Shown here piece after piece: positions 56,003-64,000 of a stretch of 64,000 nt of DNA. Position numbers and translations under genes: made by a program. The first letter of the stretch is position 1. Every line of letters begins with the position of its first letter. The notes below the pieces were generated by a model that saw nothing but the letters and a program-made list of their open reading frames with translations, made no database searches and was not told where the DNA came from. The stretch comes from an uncultured Clostridia bacterium. GTDB lineage: Bacteria > Bacillota > Clostridia > Christensenellales > CAG-917. The stretch lies in the NCBI GenBank assembly GCA_949286725.1, contig CASECZ010000002.1, positions 420,632 to 484,631 on the forward strand, in the 5' to 3' direction.

Positions 56003-56999
56003 TTTCTTCAATATAATCTTTTCAAACGAATTCATCGTTTCCGTATTGCGCTTGTCAACGCCTATACTGTTTGCGGCTCTCGGTGCGCTTATTTCGAATA
56101 AGGCCGGGGTAGTCAATATCGGACTTGAAGGAATAATGCTGTTTTCGGCGCTGTTCGGAGTGTTGGGCAGTTTCTGGACGGGCGATTTGTTCACGGGCGG
56201 ACTCATAGGTGTGCTGATAGGTGCTCTGGTAAGCGCGGTGCTGGCGTTTTCCACCCTGTATTTGAAATCGGACATAATACTGACCGGTGTTGTGATAAAC
56301 CTTATCGGAGCAGGAGGAACCATATTCTTTCTGGAAGTATTTACGGGCGACAAAAACGTTTCGACGTCCATAGTCAGTCAGGTGTTTCCTAACATCGATT
56401 TTCCTGCCATAAGCAACGTTCCGTTTATAGGAGGATTGCTCAGCGGACACAACGTGCTAACCTGGGTTGCCGTGGCGCTCGCCGTAATACTGTGGTTTGT
56501 AATCAACAAAACTCATTTCGGACTTAAACTCCGTGCCGTGGGCGAAAATCCGCTTGCCGCAAGCAGCCTCGGCATTTCCGTCAAAAAGCATAAATTCGTT
56601 GCGATAGTGCTCAGCGGAGTTCTGGCATCCGTAGGCGGTATTTTTCTGTCGATGGGATACGTTTCATTCTTTGCCGCAAATATGACAGCAGGGAGAGGGT
56701 TTATCGCATTGGCGGCAGAGGCAATGGCAATGGGCAATCCGTTGTGGACGATGTTGAGCAGTTTGCTGTTCGGTTTTATGTCGGCAATTGCCATTGCTTT
56801 CGGGTCCAGCGGCTTTCTTGCCATATTCAACGAAATATTCGAAATGTTGCCTTACGTGGCAACCATTGTCGCTCTCATCATATATGCGGTGATAGCGAAG
56901 CAAAGAATTAAAATGTTAGAGGTAAAAAATGGAAAAGGCTTGGGAAAGAGAATACAGGATGATGTGCGCCGCCGTCCCTCGTGTTTTAGAAGAAGATGA
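55995..56999 (+). CDS. ABC transporter permease
   Basis: Polytopic. AAGGAGG RBS. Its 3' end overlaps the next gene by 71 nt. Confidence 0.8.
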   Translation: MDDFFNIIFSNEFIVSVLRLSTPILFAALGALISNKAGVVNIGLEGIMLFSALFGVLGSFWTGDLFTGGLIGVLIGALVSAVLAFSTLYLKSDIILTGVVINLIGAGGTIFFLEVFTGDKNVSTSIVSQVFPNIDFPAISNVPFIGGLLSGHNVLTWVAVALAVILWFVINKTHFGLKLRAVGENPLAASSLGISVKKHKFVAIVLSGVLASVGGIFLSMGYVSFFAANMTAGRGFIALAAEAMAMGNPLWTMLSSLLFGFMSAIAIAFGSSGFLAIFNEIFEMLPYVATIVALIIYAVIAKQRIKMLEVKNGKGLGKRIQDDVRRRPSCFRRR

Positions 57000-58320
57000 A
57001 CAGGGATGGTTGTTTGCCGAAACCATAGAAAAACTCGATGATACGTTGCTCAAAATGAAATGGAAGAGTAACGTGCCCGGTTCCAATGCACCGGAAAGAG
57101 TGATTATAGGCGCGATAGCCGATATGGGAAATATGGGTTACGACGTGTCCGAAGCGGAAAAACTCATCGACGAAGGGCTTTCGTGTTACGACAAAAACGA
57201 TATGCCGGGACTGAATCGTGTGACCTGGCGTATATGGAACGCACTCAACAATGCTCCGAAAATCGAAGGGCACGAATATTTTTCGTACGAAGTGTACGAT
57301 TCCTTCGAAAAGTACAAACGTACCGTCGACACCAAACTGAAATTCGACGAACCCGACAAGTACGGTAAGGATTTTTCGGAAAGGACCTATTACGGTTGGG
57401 TTGCACAGATTGTCGGAGGCGCAATAGGTACCGCAATCGAAGGTTATGTGACCGAACAAATCGAAAAAGCTTTCGGAAACGTTGACGGTTATGTGCGTGA
57501 GCCGAACACTTACAACGACGATATCACATACGAAATTGCGTTTCTGATTGCGGCGTCCCGCAAGGGTAAGAACGTGACATCCGCGGATATAGCAGAGGAG
57601 TGGGCTGCGCTGGTTCCTTTCGGTTGGTCTGCGGAAGAGTGGGCGTTGAAAAACATAAAAAGCGGCATATATCCTCCTGAAAGCGGTTATATGAACAATC
57701 CGTACAGGGAGTGGATTGGTGCGCAAATGCGCGGGGCGGTGTGCGGAATGGTTGCCCCGGGCAATCCCGTGCTGGCCGCCGATTACGCTTTCAGAGACGG
57801 AGTCGTTTCGCATCACAACAACGGCGTTCTGGGTGAGATTTTCAATGCGGTTATGGTGTCGTTGGCTTACGTCAAAAAGGACGTGAGGGAAATACTGGAA
57901 CTTGCAATAGACAAATACCTGCCGCACGACAGCGAATATTACAGCGTAGTAAAATTCGCTCTCGACCGTTGCAAAGAATACGGAAGTTGGAAACAGGCGT
58001 GGGAAAAAGCACGTGAAAAGTACAAAAAGTATAACTGGGTGCACGCATATCCCAATGCGGCGTCGGAAGTCATATCACTGTGGTACGGAAACGGTGATTT
58101 CGATTACACAATGAATATTTCTTCTATGATAGGGTATGACGTTGACTGCAATGCGGCGCAGATTGCAACCGTTCTCGGTATAATCGGCAAAGAACGCACC
58201 GTAAGCGAAAGGTGGACGGCACCGATAGGGGACAAGCTGAAAACTTATCTCAGACAGTATAAAGAAATAAGCATAAAGAAACTTGCGGAATATACTGTCG
58301 ACATCAGCAAAAAAATGTAA
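56929..58320 (+). CDS. ADP-ribosylglycohydrolase-fold protein with a ~160-aa N-terminal extension
   Basis: IVGGAIGTAIEG, NDDITYE, and GYDVDCNAAQIATVLGII match the conserved metal-site segments of the DraG/ARH family. AGAGGT RBS before 56929. Confidence 0.75.
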   Translation: MEKAWEREYRMMCAAVPRVLEEDEQGWLFAETIEKLDDTLLKMKWKSNVPGSNAPERVIIGAIADMGNMGYDVSEAEKLIDEGLSCYDKNDMPGLNRVTWRIWNALNNAPKIEGHEYFSYEVYDSFEKYKRTVDTKLKFDEPDKYGKDFSERTYYGWVAQIVGGAIGTAIEGYVTEQIEKAFGNVDGYVREPNTYNDDITYEIAFLIAASRKGKNVTSADIAEEWAALVPFGWSAEEWALKNIKSGIYPPESGYMNNPYREWIGAQMRGAVCGMVAPGNPVLAADYAFRDGVVSHHNNGVLGEIFNAVMVSLAYVKKDVREILELAIDKYLPHDSEYYSVVKFALDRCKEYGSWKQAWEKAREKYKKYNWVHAYPNAASEVISLWYGNGDFDYTMNISSMIGYDVDCNAAQIATVLGIIGKERTVSERWTAPIGDKLKTYLRQYKEISIKKLAEYTVDISKKM

Positions 58321-58334
58321 GATAAGGTAATGCT

Positions 58335-59291
58335 ATGAAAACGATTTTTGTTATGGGTAGCTTGAATATGGACGTTTCTTTCGACGTCGATAATTTGCCT
58401 AAAAACGGCGAAACCGTGAATTCGCGCAATCTGCTTGTCAATCTGGGAGGTAAAGGCGCGAATCAGGCCGTTGCTGCCGCAAAACAGAACGCTAACGTAG
58501 TTATGTTAGGTGCAGTCGGCAACGACCAATTCGGAGAACAATTGCTCAAAAGTCTGAAAGAGACCGGTATTGCGTCTGAGTTGGTAATAAGAAAAGAATG
58601 CGGCACGGGAGTTGCGGGAATTTTGTTGCATAACGGCGACAATCGTATAATCATACACGGAGGGGCAAATTCTTCTTACGAATACGACGATTTTGCTCAG
58701 ATACTTTCCAAACAGGCAAAGCGCGGAGATATATTCGTTACGCAGCTGGAAACCAGAAACGATACCGTGATAAACGGTCTGAAACTGGCGAAAAGGTTGG
58801 GAATGCTCACCATTCTTAACCCCGCACCGGCGTCGTCGGACGCCACGGTTGCGTTGCAGTACAGCGATATTCTCATTCCCAACGAAACGGAGACCGAGAT
58901 ACTTGTCGGCATTTATCCTCATCGCGACAATTATGCCGAACTCAAAAAACGTTTTCGTCAAATGGGAGCCGACAAAATCATTATAACTTGCGGCGATAAA
59001 GGCTGTGTTTTGCTGGACGAAGAAATCAAAGTCTACAACGCTTACAAGGTCAAGGCAGTCGACACAACGGCAGCGGGAGATACGTTTATAGGTGCGCTTG
59101 CGGCGGTTTTGGCAAAAGGACGCAATATAGGCGAGGCAATCGAATATGCGACGGCTGCTTCCGCAATTGCCGTGACGCGCAAAGGCGCGCAATGTTCGAT
59201 TCCCGTTGAAAAAGAAGTGTCGGAATTTTTGAAACGCACCGATTCACCGTGTGAAAACGGTGTTACAGTCAGAACGGCAATGGCAATTTAG
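58335..59291 (+). CDS. rbsK: ribokinase (PfkB family)
   Basis: GSLNMD..GGKGANQAVAAAK, the NE motif, DTTAAGDTFIGAL. Confidence 0.85.
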   Translation: MKTIFVMGSLNMDVSFDVDNLPKNGETVNSRNLLVNLGGKGANQAVAAAKQNANVVMLGAVGNDQFGEQLLKSLKETGIASELVIRKECGTGVAGILLHNGDNRIIIHGGANSSYEYDDFAQILSKQAKRGDIFVTQLETRNDTVINGLKLAKRLGMLTILNPAPASSDATVALQYSDILIPNETETEILVGIYPHRDNYAELKKRFRQMGADKIIITCGDKGCVLLDEEIKVYNAYKVKAVDTTAAGDTFIGALAAVLAKGRNIGEAIEYATAASAIAVTRKGAQCSIPVEKEVSEFLKRTDSPCENGVTVRTAMAI

Positions 59292-59316
59292 AACCGTTTC
59301 TTCATACAAACCCCTT

Positions 59317-59350
59317 GATGAATTCGCCCGCATTTGCGGGCGAATTCATC
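59317..59350 (+). terminator. 15-bp stem hairpin after rbsK (weak T tail)
   Basis: GATGAATTCGCCCGC-ATTT-GCGGGCGAATTCATC. Confidence 0.6.
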
Positions 59351-59361
59351 TTAACGGTACT
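59351..59361. repeat. right copy of the 11-bp inverted repeat (TTAACGGTACT)
   Basis: Reverse complement of 48289-48299. Confidence 0.4.
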
Positions 59362-59597
59362 CGGTTTATAAGCGAATTGCTGGTGCGAACGTTCGGAGCG
59401 TTTCATCATCGGAAAACCCCGCGGATTATTTATTGCGGGCAATGATTTTTGCGATTGCGACGATGTTCGCAACGAGGAAGGCCGAAACAGAAAAAAACTA
59501 TCCGAGGTGTTCGGATAGTTTCGTTATGGTGGAGCAAATGCACACAAATTCGAATAAAACAAAAACCTAAACCGATTTATTCGATTTAGGTTTGATT

Positions 59598-59674
59598 TGG
59601 TGGAGCTTAGGGGATTCGAACCCCTGACCCCTTGACTGCCAGTCAAGTACTCTAGCCAACTGAGCTAAAGCCCC
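59598..59674 (-). tRNA. tRNA-Ala (anticodon GGC), CCA encoded
   Basis: The reverse complement folds as a cloverleaf: acceptor GGGGCTT/AAGCTCC with the G3:U70 alanine identity pair, anticodon loop CT-GGC-AG, T-loop TTCGAAT. A TTGTGC-17-TAATAT promoter and a downstream terminator lie on the minus strand. Confidence 0.9.
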
Positions 59675-59921
59675 TTGTCGCTTTGTTATATTAACGCAAA
59701 AATTCGTTTTGCACAAGCAATTTGCGCAAATTCGCGGGCGGGCGGGGCATTTTTTTTCAGAGGGACGGCGTTGAGCCGCGTCGCCCGACAGAATTTCTTA
59801 ATGATGGAGTTATATTTTTTCAACATTCTTGACAAATCGTTCGGAATAGTGTTTACTTTATATATAATGTAATTATATATCGACCGTTTTTGGCGATAAA
59901 AAATTGTGTAAGGCGGGTATT

Positions 59922-61820
59922 ATGGAAGATTTGAACGTTTCGTCCGTACAAGCAACCGACGCCGCCGTGGCGGAGCCCAAACGAACAATATGGCATAAAT
60001 TGTTCGGTTCCGTTCCCGGTGACGGTGAAATGCAACCCAAAGAGGGCATCTGCTATTCGCTGTGCGGGTTCGGTCAGAACCTTATCTGCACGGTAATCGG
60101 CTCTTACCTTACGGTGTTTATGACAGACGCCATAGGGTACAGCGCGATAGCGGTTGCTCTTTTGATGTTGTTCGCGCGCATTTACGACGCTTTGAACGAC
60201 CCGATTATGGGTTCCATTGTTGACAGAACGCGCACGAAATGGGGCAAATGCCGTCCTTATCTCAAATGGATGGCTTTGCCGATTGCGGGTATGACGATAC
60301 TGTGTTTCATGCCCGTTTACGGAAGCGATTGGGGCAGCTTTGCGGCGATATCCATCGTCTACATAATCTGGGGTATGGTGTACACCGTTGCCGACGTTCC
60401 TTACTGGGGACTGTCCACGGCAATGTCCAACGACACTTACCGCCGCGGCAATCTGCTCACCATAGCGCGACTGTTGTGCACGGCAGGTGCCGGTCTTGTC
60501 ACCATCATCGTTCCTCAGATTACTTCCAATATGACGGCTGACGCTGCCGAACAGGTCAAGGCATATCAGACGCTCATAACCGCCATTCACCAGTCCGGGT
60601 TCAACCTCGACGAGAACGCGCTCAGCTCTTTGGGCAGCATTCAGGCGTACGTGGCACAGCTCATCAACTCCAATCAGGGTGCGGGCGTTGCCTCCATACT
60701 TGCCGCTCTCGCAGGCGTAACGGCACTCAAGAATCCGCTTTACACGGGCGCAATCGTCACCGGCGCGGATTTGCAGAATGCAATCGACGCGACCCGCGGC
60801 GACATGCAGAACGAACTCAGCTGGATTTATTTTGTCATTGCAATCGTCTGTGTCGTGGTGGCGGTGCCTCTGTTCTATCTCGGTTTCAAGAACACCCGCG
60901 AAAGAAACCAGACGATGGAAAAACCCCCGTCTTTGAAACACAACCTCCAACTCCTGTTCAAGAACAAGCCTCTTATGCTCATCGTCATATCGGGCGTGCT
61001 CGGCGCGGCGAGAATGGTGTTCACCTATACGGGCGGTCTGTACTTTGCGAAATACGTGCTCGCGGACGTCAACTTCCTCGGCATGCAGGGCGAAGGTCTT
61101 TACACTCTGATAACCCTCGCCGTCGTTCCCGGCGGTCTGGTCGCATCTCTCATGGTGCCGTATCTCACGAAGAAAATCGGCAAGAAACAGTCCTATATCT
61201 GGTCGCACATCGTCGGCGGTATCGCGTTGCTCATCGCGTTCATCATCGGTATGGCAATCGACAAGGGCAACTACACCTCCACCGCGACGCTGGTCATCGC
61301 GTTTATCGCGCTGGTCATTGCGGGCGTGCCGTCCGGTCTCAGCAACATCGTGTCTTACGCAATGATAGGCGACACGGTCGAATATCTCGAGCTCAAGACG
61401 GGCGAACGTGCGGAAGGCATATGCTTTGCAATGCAGACCTTCATCAACAAAATCGGTATGGCGGTCGGCGCGTTCATCGGCGTTCTCGGCTACTACATGG
61501 CAGGCGTAACGGCGAACAACCCCGGCGCACTCGACTCCGACGGCAAAGACGTCATGTGGATTATGCTGATGCTGGTCGCGGCAATAAGCTTCATCGCGGC
61601 GGCAATCCCGATTTTCTTCTACAAGTTCAACGAAAAAGAACAGGTTGAAGCGGCGGCGGAAATCAAGCGTCGTAAAGAGGCGGCGGCAGGTGAAATCACC
61701 GTGACCGACACCGTCGAAACCGTAGAGAACGGCGATACGGTCGAAACCGTTGAAACAATCGAAATCACCGAGGTCGAGGAAACGGCAACAACGCCCGAAG
61801 AGGACGACGACAAAGAGTAA
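59922..61820 (+). CDS. MFS transporter, glycoside-pentoside-hexuronide (GPH) family-like, with a central insert and an acidic repeat tail
   Basis: ..DALNDPIMGSIVDRTRTKWGKCRPY.. is the typical GPH loop 2-3 motif. About 633 aa. Confidence 0.8.
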   Translation: MEDLNVSSVQATDAAVAEPKRTIWHKLFGSVPGDGEMQPKEGICYSLCGFGQNLICTVIGSYLTVFMTDAIGYSAIAVALLMLFARIYDALNDPIMGSIVDRTRTKWGKCRPYLKWMALPIAGMTILCFMPVYGSDWGSFAAISIVYIIWGMVYTVADVPYWGLSTAMSNDTYRRGNLLTIARLLCTAGAGLVTIIVPQITSNMTADAAEQVKAYQTLITAIHQSGFNLDENALSSLGSIQAYVAQLINSNQGAGVASILAALAGVTALKNPLYTGAIVTGADLQNAIDATRGDMQNELSWIYFVIAIVCVVVAVPLFYLGFKNTRERNQTMEKPPSLKHNLQLLFKNKPLMLIVISGVLGAARMVFTYTGGLYFAKYVLADVNFLGMQGEGLYTLITLAVVPGGLVASLMVPYLTKKIGKKQSYIWSHIVGGIALLIAFIIGMAIDKGNYTSTATLVIAFIALVIAGVPSGLSNIVSYAMIGDTVEYLELKTGERAEGICFAMQTFINKIGMAVGAFIGVLGYYMAGVTANNPGALDSDGKDVMWIMLMLVAAISFIAAAIPIFFYKFNEKEQVEAAAEIKRRKEAAAGEITVTDTVETVENGDTVETVETIEITEVEETATTPEEDDDKE

Positions 61821-61833
61821 TATCATCTGAATC

Positions 61834-61864
61834 AAAGCCCCTTGTTTGACGCAAGGGGCTTTTT
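61834..61864 (+). terminator. rho-independent terminator
   Basis: AAAGCCCCTTG-TTTGACG-CAAGGGGCTTT plus Ts. Confidence 0.8.
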
Positions 61865-61878
61865 GTAACCTGCGACAT

Positions 61879-62355
61879 ATGGAAAAGACGACGATAGGAG
61901 TCAAGAGCAAGAACAGCAACCGGGATTTTATAGGCGGCGAAATCGTGTTCGGATTGATGTTCGTTACGGCGGTTTTGCTTACCGCGCTCATTCCTTTGGA
62001 GGCGGACGCTGCATACGTGCGCTATATTTTCGCAGGGTTGGCGGTTGTTTTTTTCGTGCCGCTTTTACTCATCGTCGTTGCTCACGTGAGGTTTTCCAAA
62101 GCACCCGAAATTATGTTGGAACTCGTCGACGAAACAAACCTGTTCAACCGTTGCGACAATGTGATGATAAGACTTAAAGACGTTGACGATATCAACGTTA
62201 AAACCGACAAGAACAAATACGGCAAACCTTATTCTTACGGAACGTTGAAACTTACCGTCGGGAGCAAAGTGTACGTGTTGAAACGAATATCGCACCCCGA
62301 CGATGTCAAGAACGCTTTGCTTGAATGTAAAGAAAGGGCAGAGAGGCAGTCGTAA
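61879..62355 (+). CDS. hypothetical 2-TM protein with a PH-like C-terminal domain
   Basis: ORF with two hydrophobic helices. No clear RBS, so the start is uncertain. Confidence 0.5.
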   Translation: MEKTTIGVKSKNSNRDFIGGEIVFGLMFVTAVLLTALIPLEADAAYVRYIFAGLAVVFFVPLLLIVVAHVRFSKAPEIMLELVDETNLFNRCDNVMIRLKDVDDINVKTDKNKYGKPYSYGTLKLTVGSKVYVLKRISHPDDVKNALLECKERAERQS

Positions 62356-62360
62356 AAACA

Positions 62361-62392
62361 AAACAACCGAAGTCGAACGACTTCGGTTGTTT
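62361..62392. terminator. bidirectional terminator hairpin
   Basis: AAACAACCGAAGTCG..CGACTTCGGTTGTTT. Confidence 0.75.
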
Positions 62393-62393
62393 G

Positions 62394-62470
<77 letters not shown>

Positions 62471-62656
62471 GTAAGCAAAAGATATATTACACTAAAATGA
62501 GAGCCGTGGCAAGCGTTTTGCCACATTTTTTGCCGCTGCCGGCACTTTTCCGTTGACGGGGGCGGAATACCGTTGCGCAGAGTGACGAAAGACAGTATTC
62601 CGACATCTCTTTCGTGTGCACGTATATTTGTCGGCAAAATCAGATACCATTATGGT

Positions 62657-63211
62657 ATGGCAGATGTTCGCAAACGCAAACTGTTGACGTTTTGTATAGT
62701 CGGATTCTTTTTCGTGTGCGGACTGGGCGCGGCGTCGCATTTCTTTTACGAGTGGTCGGGATATGCGACGGCGGCGGGGATTTTGTTCCCCGCGAACGAA
62801 AGCGTGTGGGAACACCTGAAACTTGTGTTTTTCCCGACGCTGGTTTATTTCCTTGTTGCGGCGCCTTTTATGCACGGAGAAAACAACTATCTTTTTGCTG
62901 CGTTCATAGCAAACGCGCTTGCAGCTCTGTTTATACCGCTCGTATTTTATACCTACACGGCGTTTACGGGCGAGGCGATACTTGCGGTGGATATCGCGTC
63001 TTTTGCGGTCGGGGTGCTCATCGGCTTCGTTGCGGCGTACGGCGCGATGCGAAGGGAAGTTTCGCCTTTTATGCAAGTGGTGGGCGGATTGGGACTTGCT
63101 CTGATTGTCGCGGCGTATCTCACGCTCACGGCGTATGCCCCAGAATTGCCGTTGTTTTGCGACCCGACGACGGGCGGATACGGACTGAAAGGTATTGCCG
63201 AGGGATTATAA
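62657..63211 (+). CDS. hypothetical polytopic membrane protein (DUF6512-like, ESVWEHLK motif)
   Basis: 184 aa with about 5 TM helices. The family assignment is from memory of the motif only. Confidence 0.55.
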   Translation: MADVRKRKLLTFCIVGFFFVCGLGAASHFFYEWSGYATAAGILFPANESVWEHLKLVFFPTLVYFLVAAPFMHGENNYLFAAFIANALAALFIPLVFYTYTAFTGEAILAVDIASFAVGVLIGFVAAYGAMRREVSPFMQVVGGLGLALIVAAYLTLTAYAPELPLFCDPTTGGYGLKGIAEGL

Positions 63212-63339
63212 CACCGGAAAATGAATAAAATGCATAAACTTATTGCATAAAATGAATAACTTTTTTCCGTGTTTGTTGACAACGACTTTTTTGTCGGGTA
63301 TTATATCTATATTGCTAGAAAAAGTGACGGGAGTACTTT

Positions 63340-63609
63340 ATGGAAGAAAAATCTTACTGTAACATTTGCAAGGCACTCAGCGACAGCAACCGAATGATGA
63401 TTTTCAATCTGTTGCGTAAAAATACGATGTGCGCGTTTGAAATTCTGGAACATTTGCAATGCAGTCAACCGACCCTGAGCTATCATATGAAACAATTGTG
63501 CGATTGCGGACTGGTTGATGCGACGAAGAAGGGACTTTGGGTTCATTACAGCGTGAACGAGAAGTGTCTTAAAGAGTTTTCGGAGTACTTTGCTTCGAAA
63601 TCCGAGTGA
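63340..63609 (+). CDS. ArsR/SmtB-family metalloregulator
   Basis: ..CAFEILEHLQCSQPTLSYHMKQL.. is a typical ArsR HTH with Cys residues. TTGACA-17-TATTAT promoter. Terminator at 63627-63653. Confidence 0.85.
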   Translation: MEEKSYCNICKALSDSNRMMIFNLLRKNTMCAFEILEHLQCSQPTLSYHMKQLCDCGLVDATKKGLWVHYSVNEKCLKEFSEYFASKSE

Positions 63610-63699
63610 CCCCTTCAAACGCAGTTAAAGCCCTTCGAGGGCTTTATTTTTTTATCGGGCGTGCTTGCGTATTCCATCGGAGGATGTTAAACTCTGCGT

Positions 63700-64000
63700 A
63701 TGAAAAACTCTTTCGACGTTGTGATTATCGGCGGCGGCGCGGCGGGATTGTTTCTCGCGGCGCGGCTTGAGGGTGTCTCGGTTGCGATAGCCGAGAGCAA
63801 TTCGCGCGTGGGCAAAAAACTGCTCGCCACGGGCAACGGCAAATGCAACCTGACCAACGACGATTGCCGCGCGGACAAGTACAACGACCCTCGCGTCGGA
63901 GCGTTTCTCGCGCGTTACGGAGCCTCGGACGCCAAACGCGATTTCGCGGCAATGGGCTTGCCCGTGAAATCCGTCGAAGGCAGGGCGTATCCCTACTCGG
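63700..64000 (+). CDS. HI0933-family NAD(P)/FAD-dependent flavoprotein, N-terminal fragment (3' end outside window)
   Basis: FDVVIIGGGAAGLF..GKKLLATGNGKCNLTN is the family signature. The frame stays open to the window edge. Confidence 0.75.
   Translation, partial: MKNSFDVVIIGGGAAGLFLAARLEGVSVAIAESNSRVGKKLLATGNGKCNLTNDDCRADKYNDPRVGAFLARYGASDAKRDFAAMGLPVKSVEGRAYPYS

Noticed and set aside
59527-59535. TGGTGGAGC, identical to the first 9 nt of the tRNA-Ala 3' end (as written on the plus strand), 70 nt away. Considered as a possible att-site duplicate.
   Set aside because: Only 9 nt match. The surrounding sequence cannot fold into a T-arm/acceptor. It lies on the wrong scale (70 nt) to delimit the 11-kb block. 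No integrase is present.
61846-61878. TTG start at 61846 given by the ORF track for the hypothetical 2-TM protein.
   Set aside because: It lies inside the loop of the MFS-gene terminator hairpin (61834-61864). ATG at 61879 is preferred, although it also lacks a good RBS.

Overview
The window is a moderately GC-rich chromosomal segment that looks like it comes from a Gram-positive anaerobe. The evidence is strong AGGAGG-type ribosome-binding sites, tRNA genes with encoded CCA, KtrAB, and several families typical of Clostridia (EFR1 ferredoxin, C_GCAxxG_C_C). This taxonomic guess is an inference. All calls come from reading the ORF translations for motifs and the DNA for signals. No alignment, HMM or folding program was run.

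I support about 60 protein genes, 2 tRNAs, 1 TPP riboswitch, several rho-independent terminators, promoters and operators, and one clearly disrupted gene.

The core content is housekeeping and transport:
- typA, hup, xpt, adenine deaminase and ktrAB.
- A thiamine module: TPP riboswitch, long ThiT and a thiamine diphosphokinase.
- A P-type ATPase, CDF, MscS, CaCA, YfcC and an MFS/GPH transporter.
- A two-component system next to a redox gene cluster.

Most interesting observations:
1. A roughly 11 kb block (about 48.2-59.4 kb) shows visibly different codon preference. It abuts tRNA-Ala and encodes a LacI repressor with two palindromic operators, a surface PHP-type metallohydrolase lipoprotein, a tandem DUF4430-like lipoprotein, a BMP-type ABC importer, an ADP-ribosylglycohydrolase-fold protein and ribokinase. 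I read it as an uncharacterised riboside-scavenging system, logically parallel to the unassigned E. coli yegTUV trio.
2. The neighbouring, native-looking BMP-type ABC system has its ATPase broken by a perfect 13-bp tandem duplication inside the Walker A codons.
3. An operon of a class-III aminotransferase, an FGGY kinase and a double class-II aldolase has no obvious known pathway.
4. A promoter-to-terminator unit (about 12.2-12.4 kb) with no coding potential is a candidate sRNA.
5. There is a histidine kinase with only C-terminal transmembrane helices.
6. There are several small, well-signalled ORFs.

No CRISPR array, integrase, transposase or recognisable defence gene was seen.
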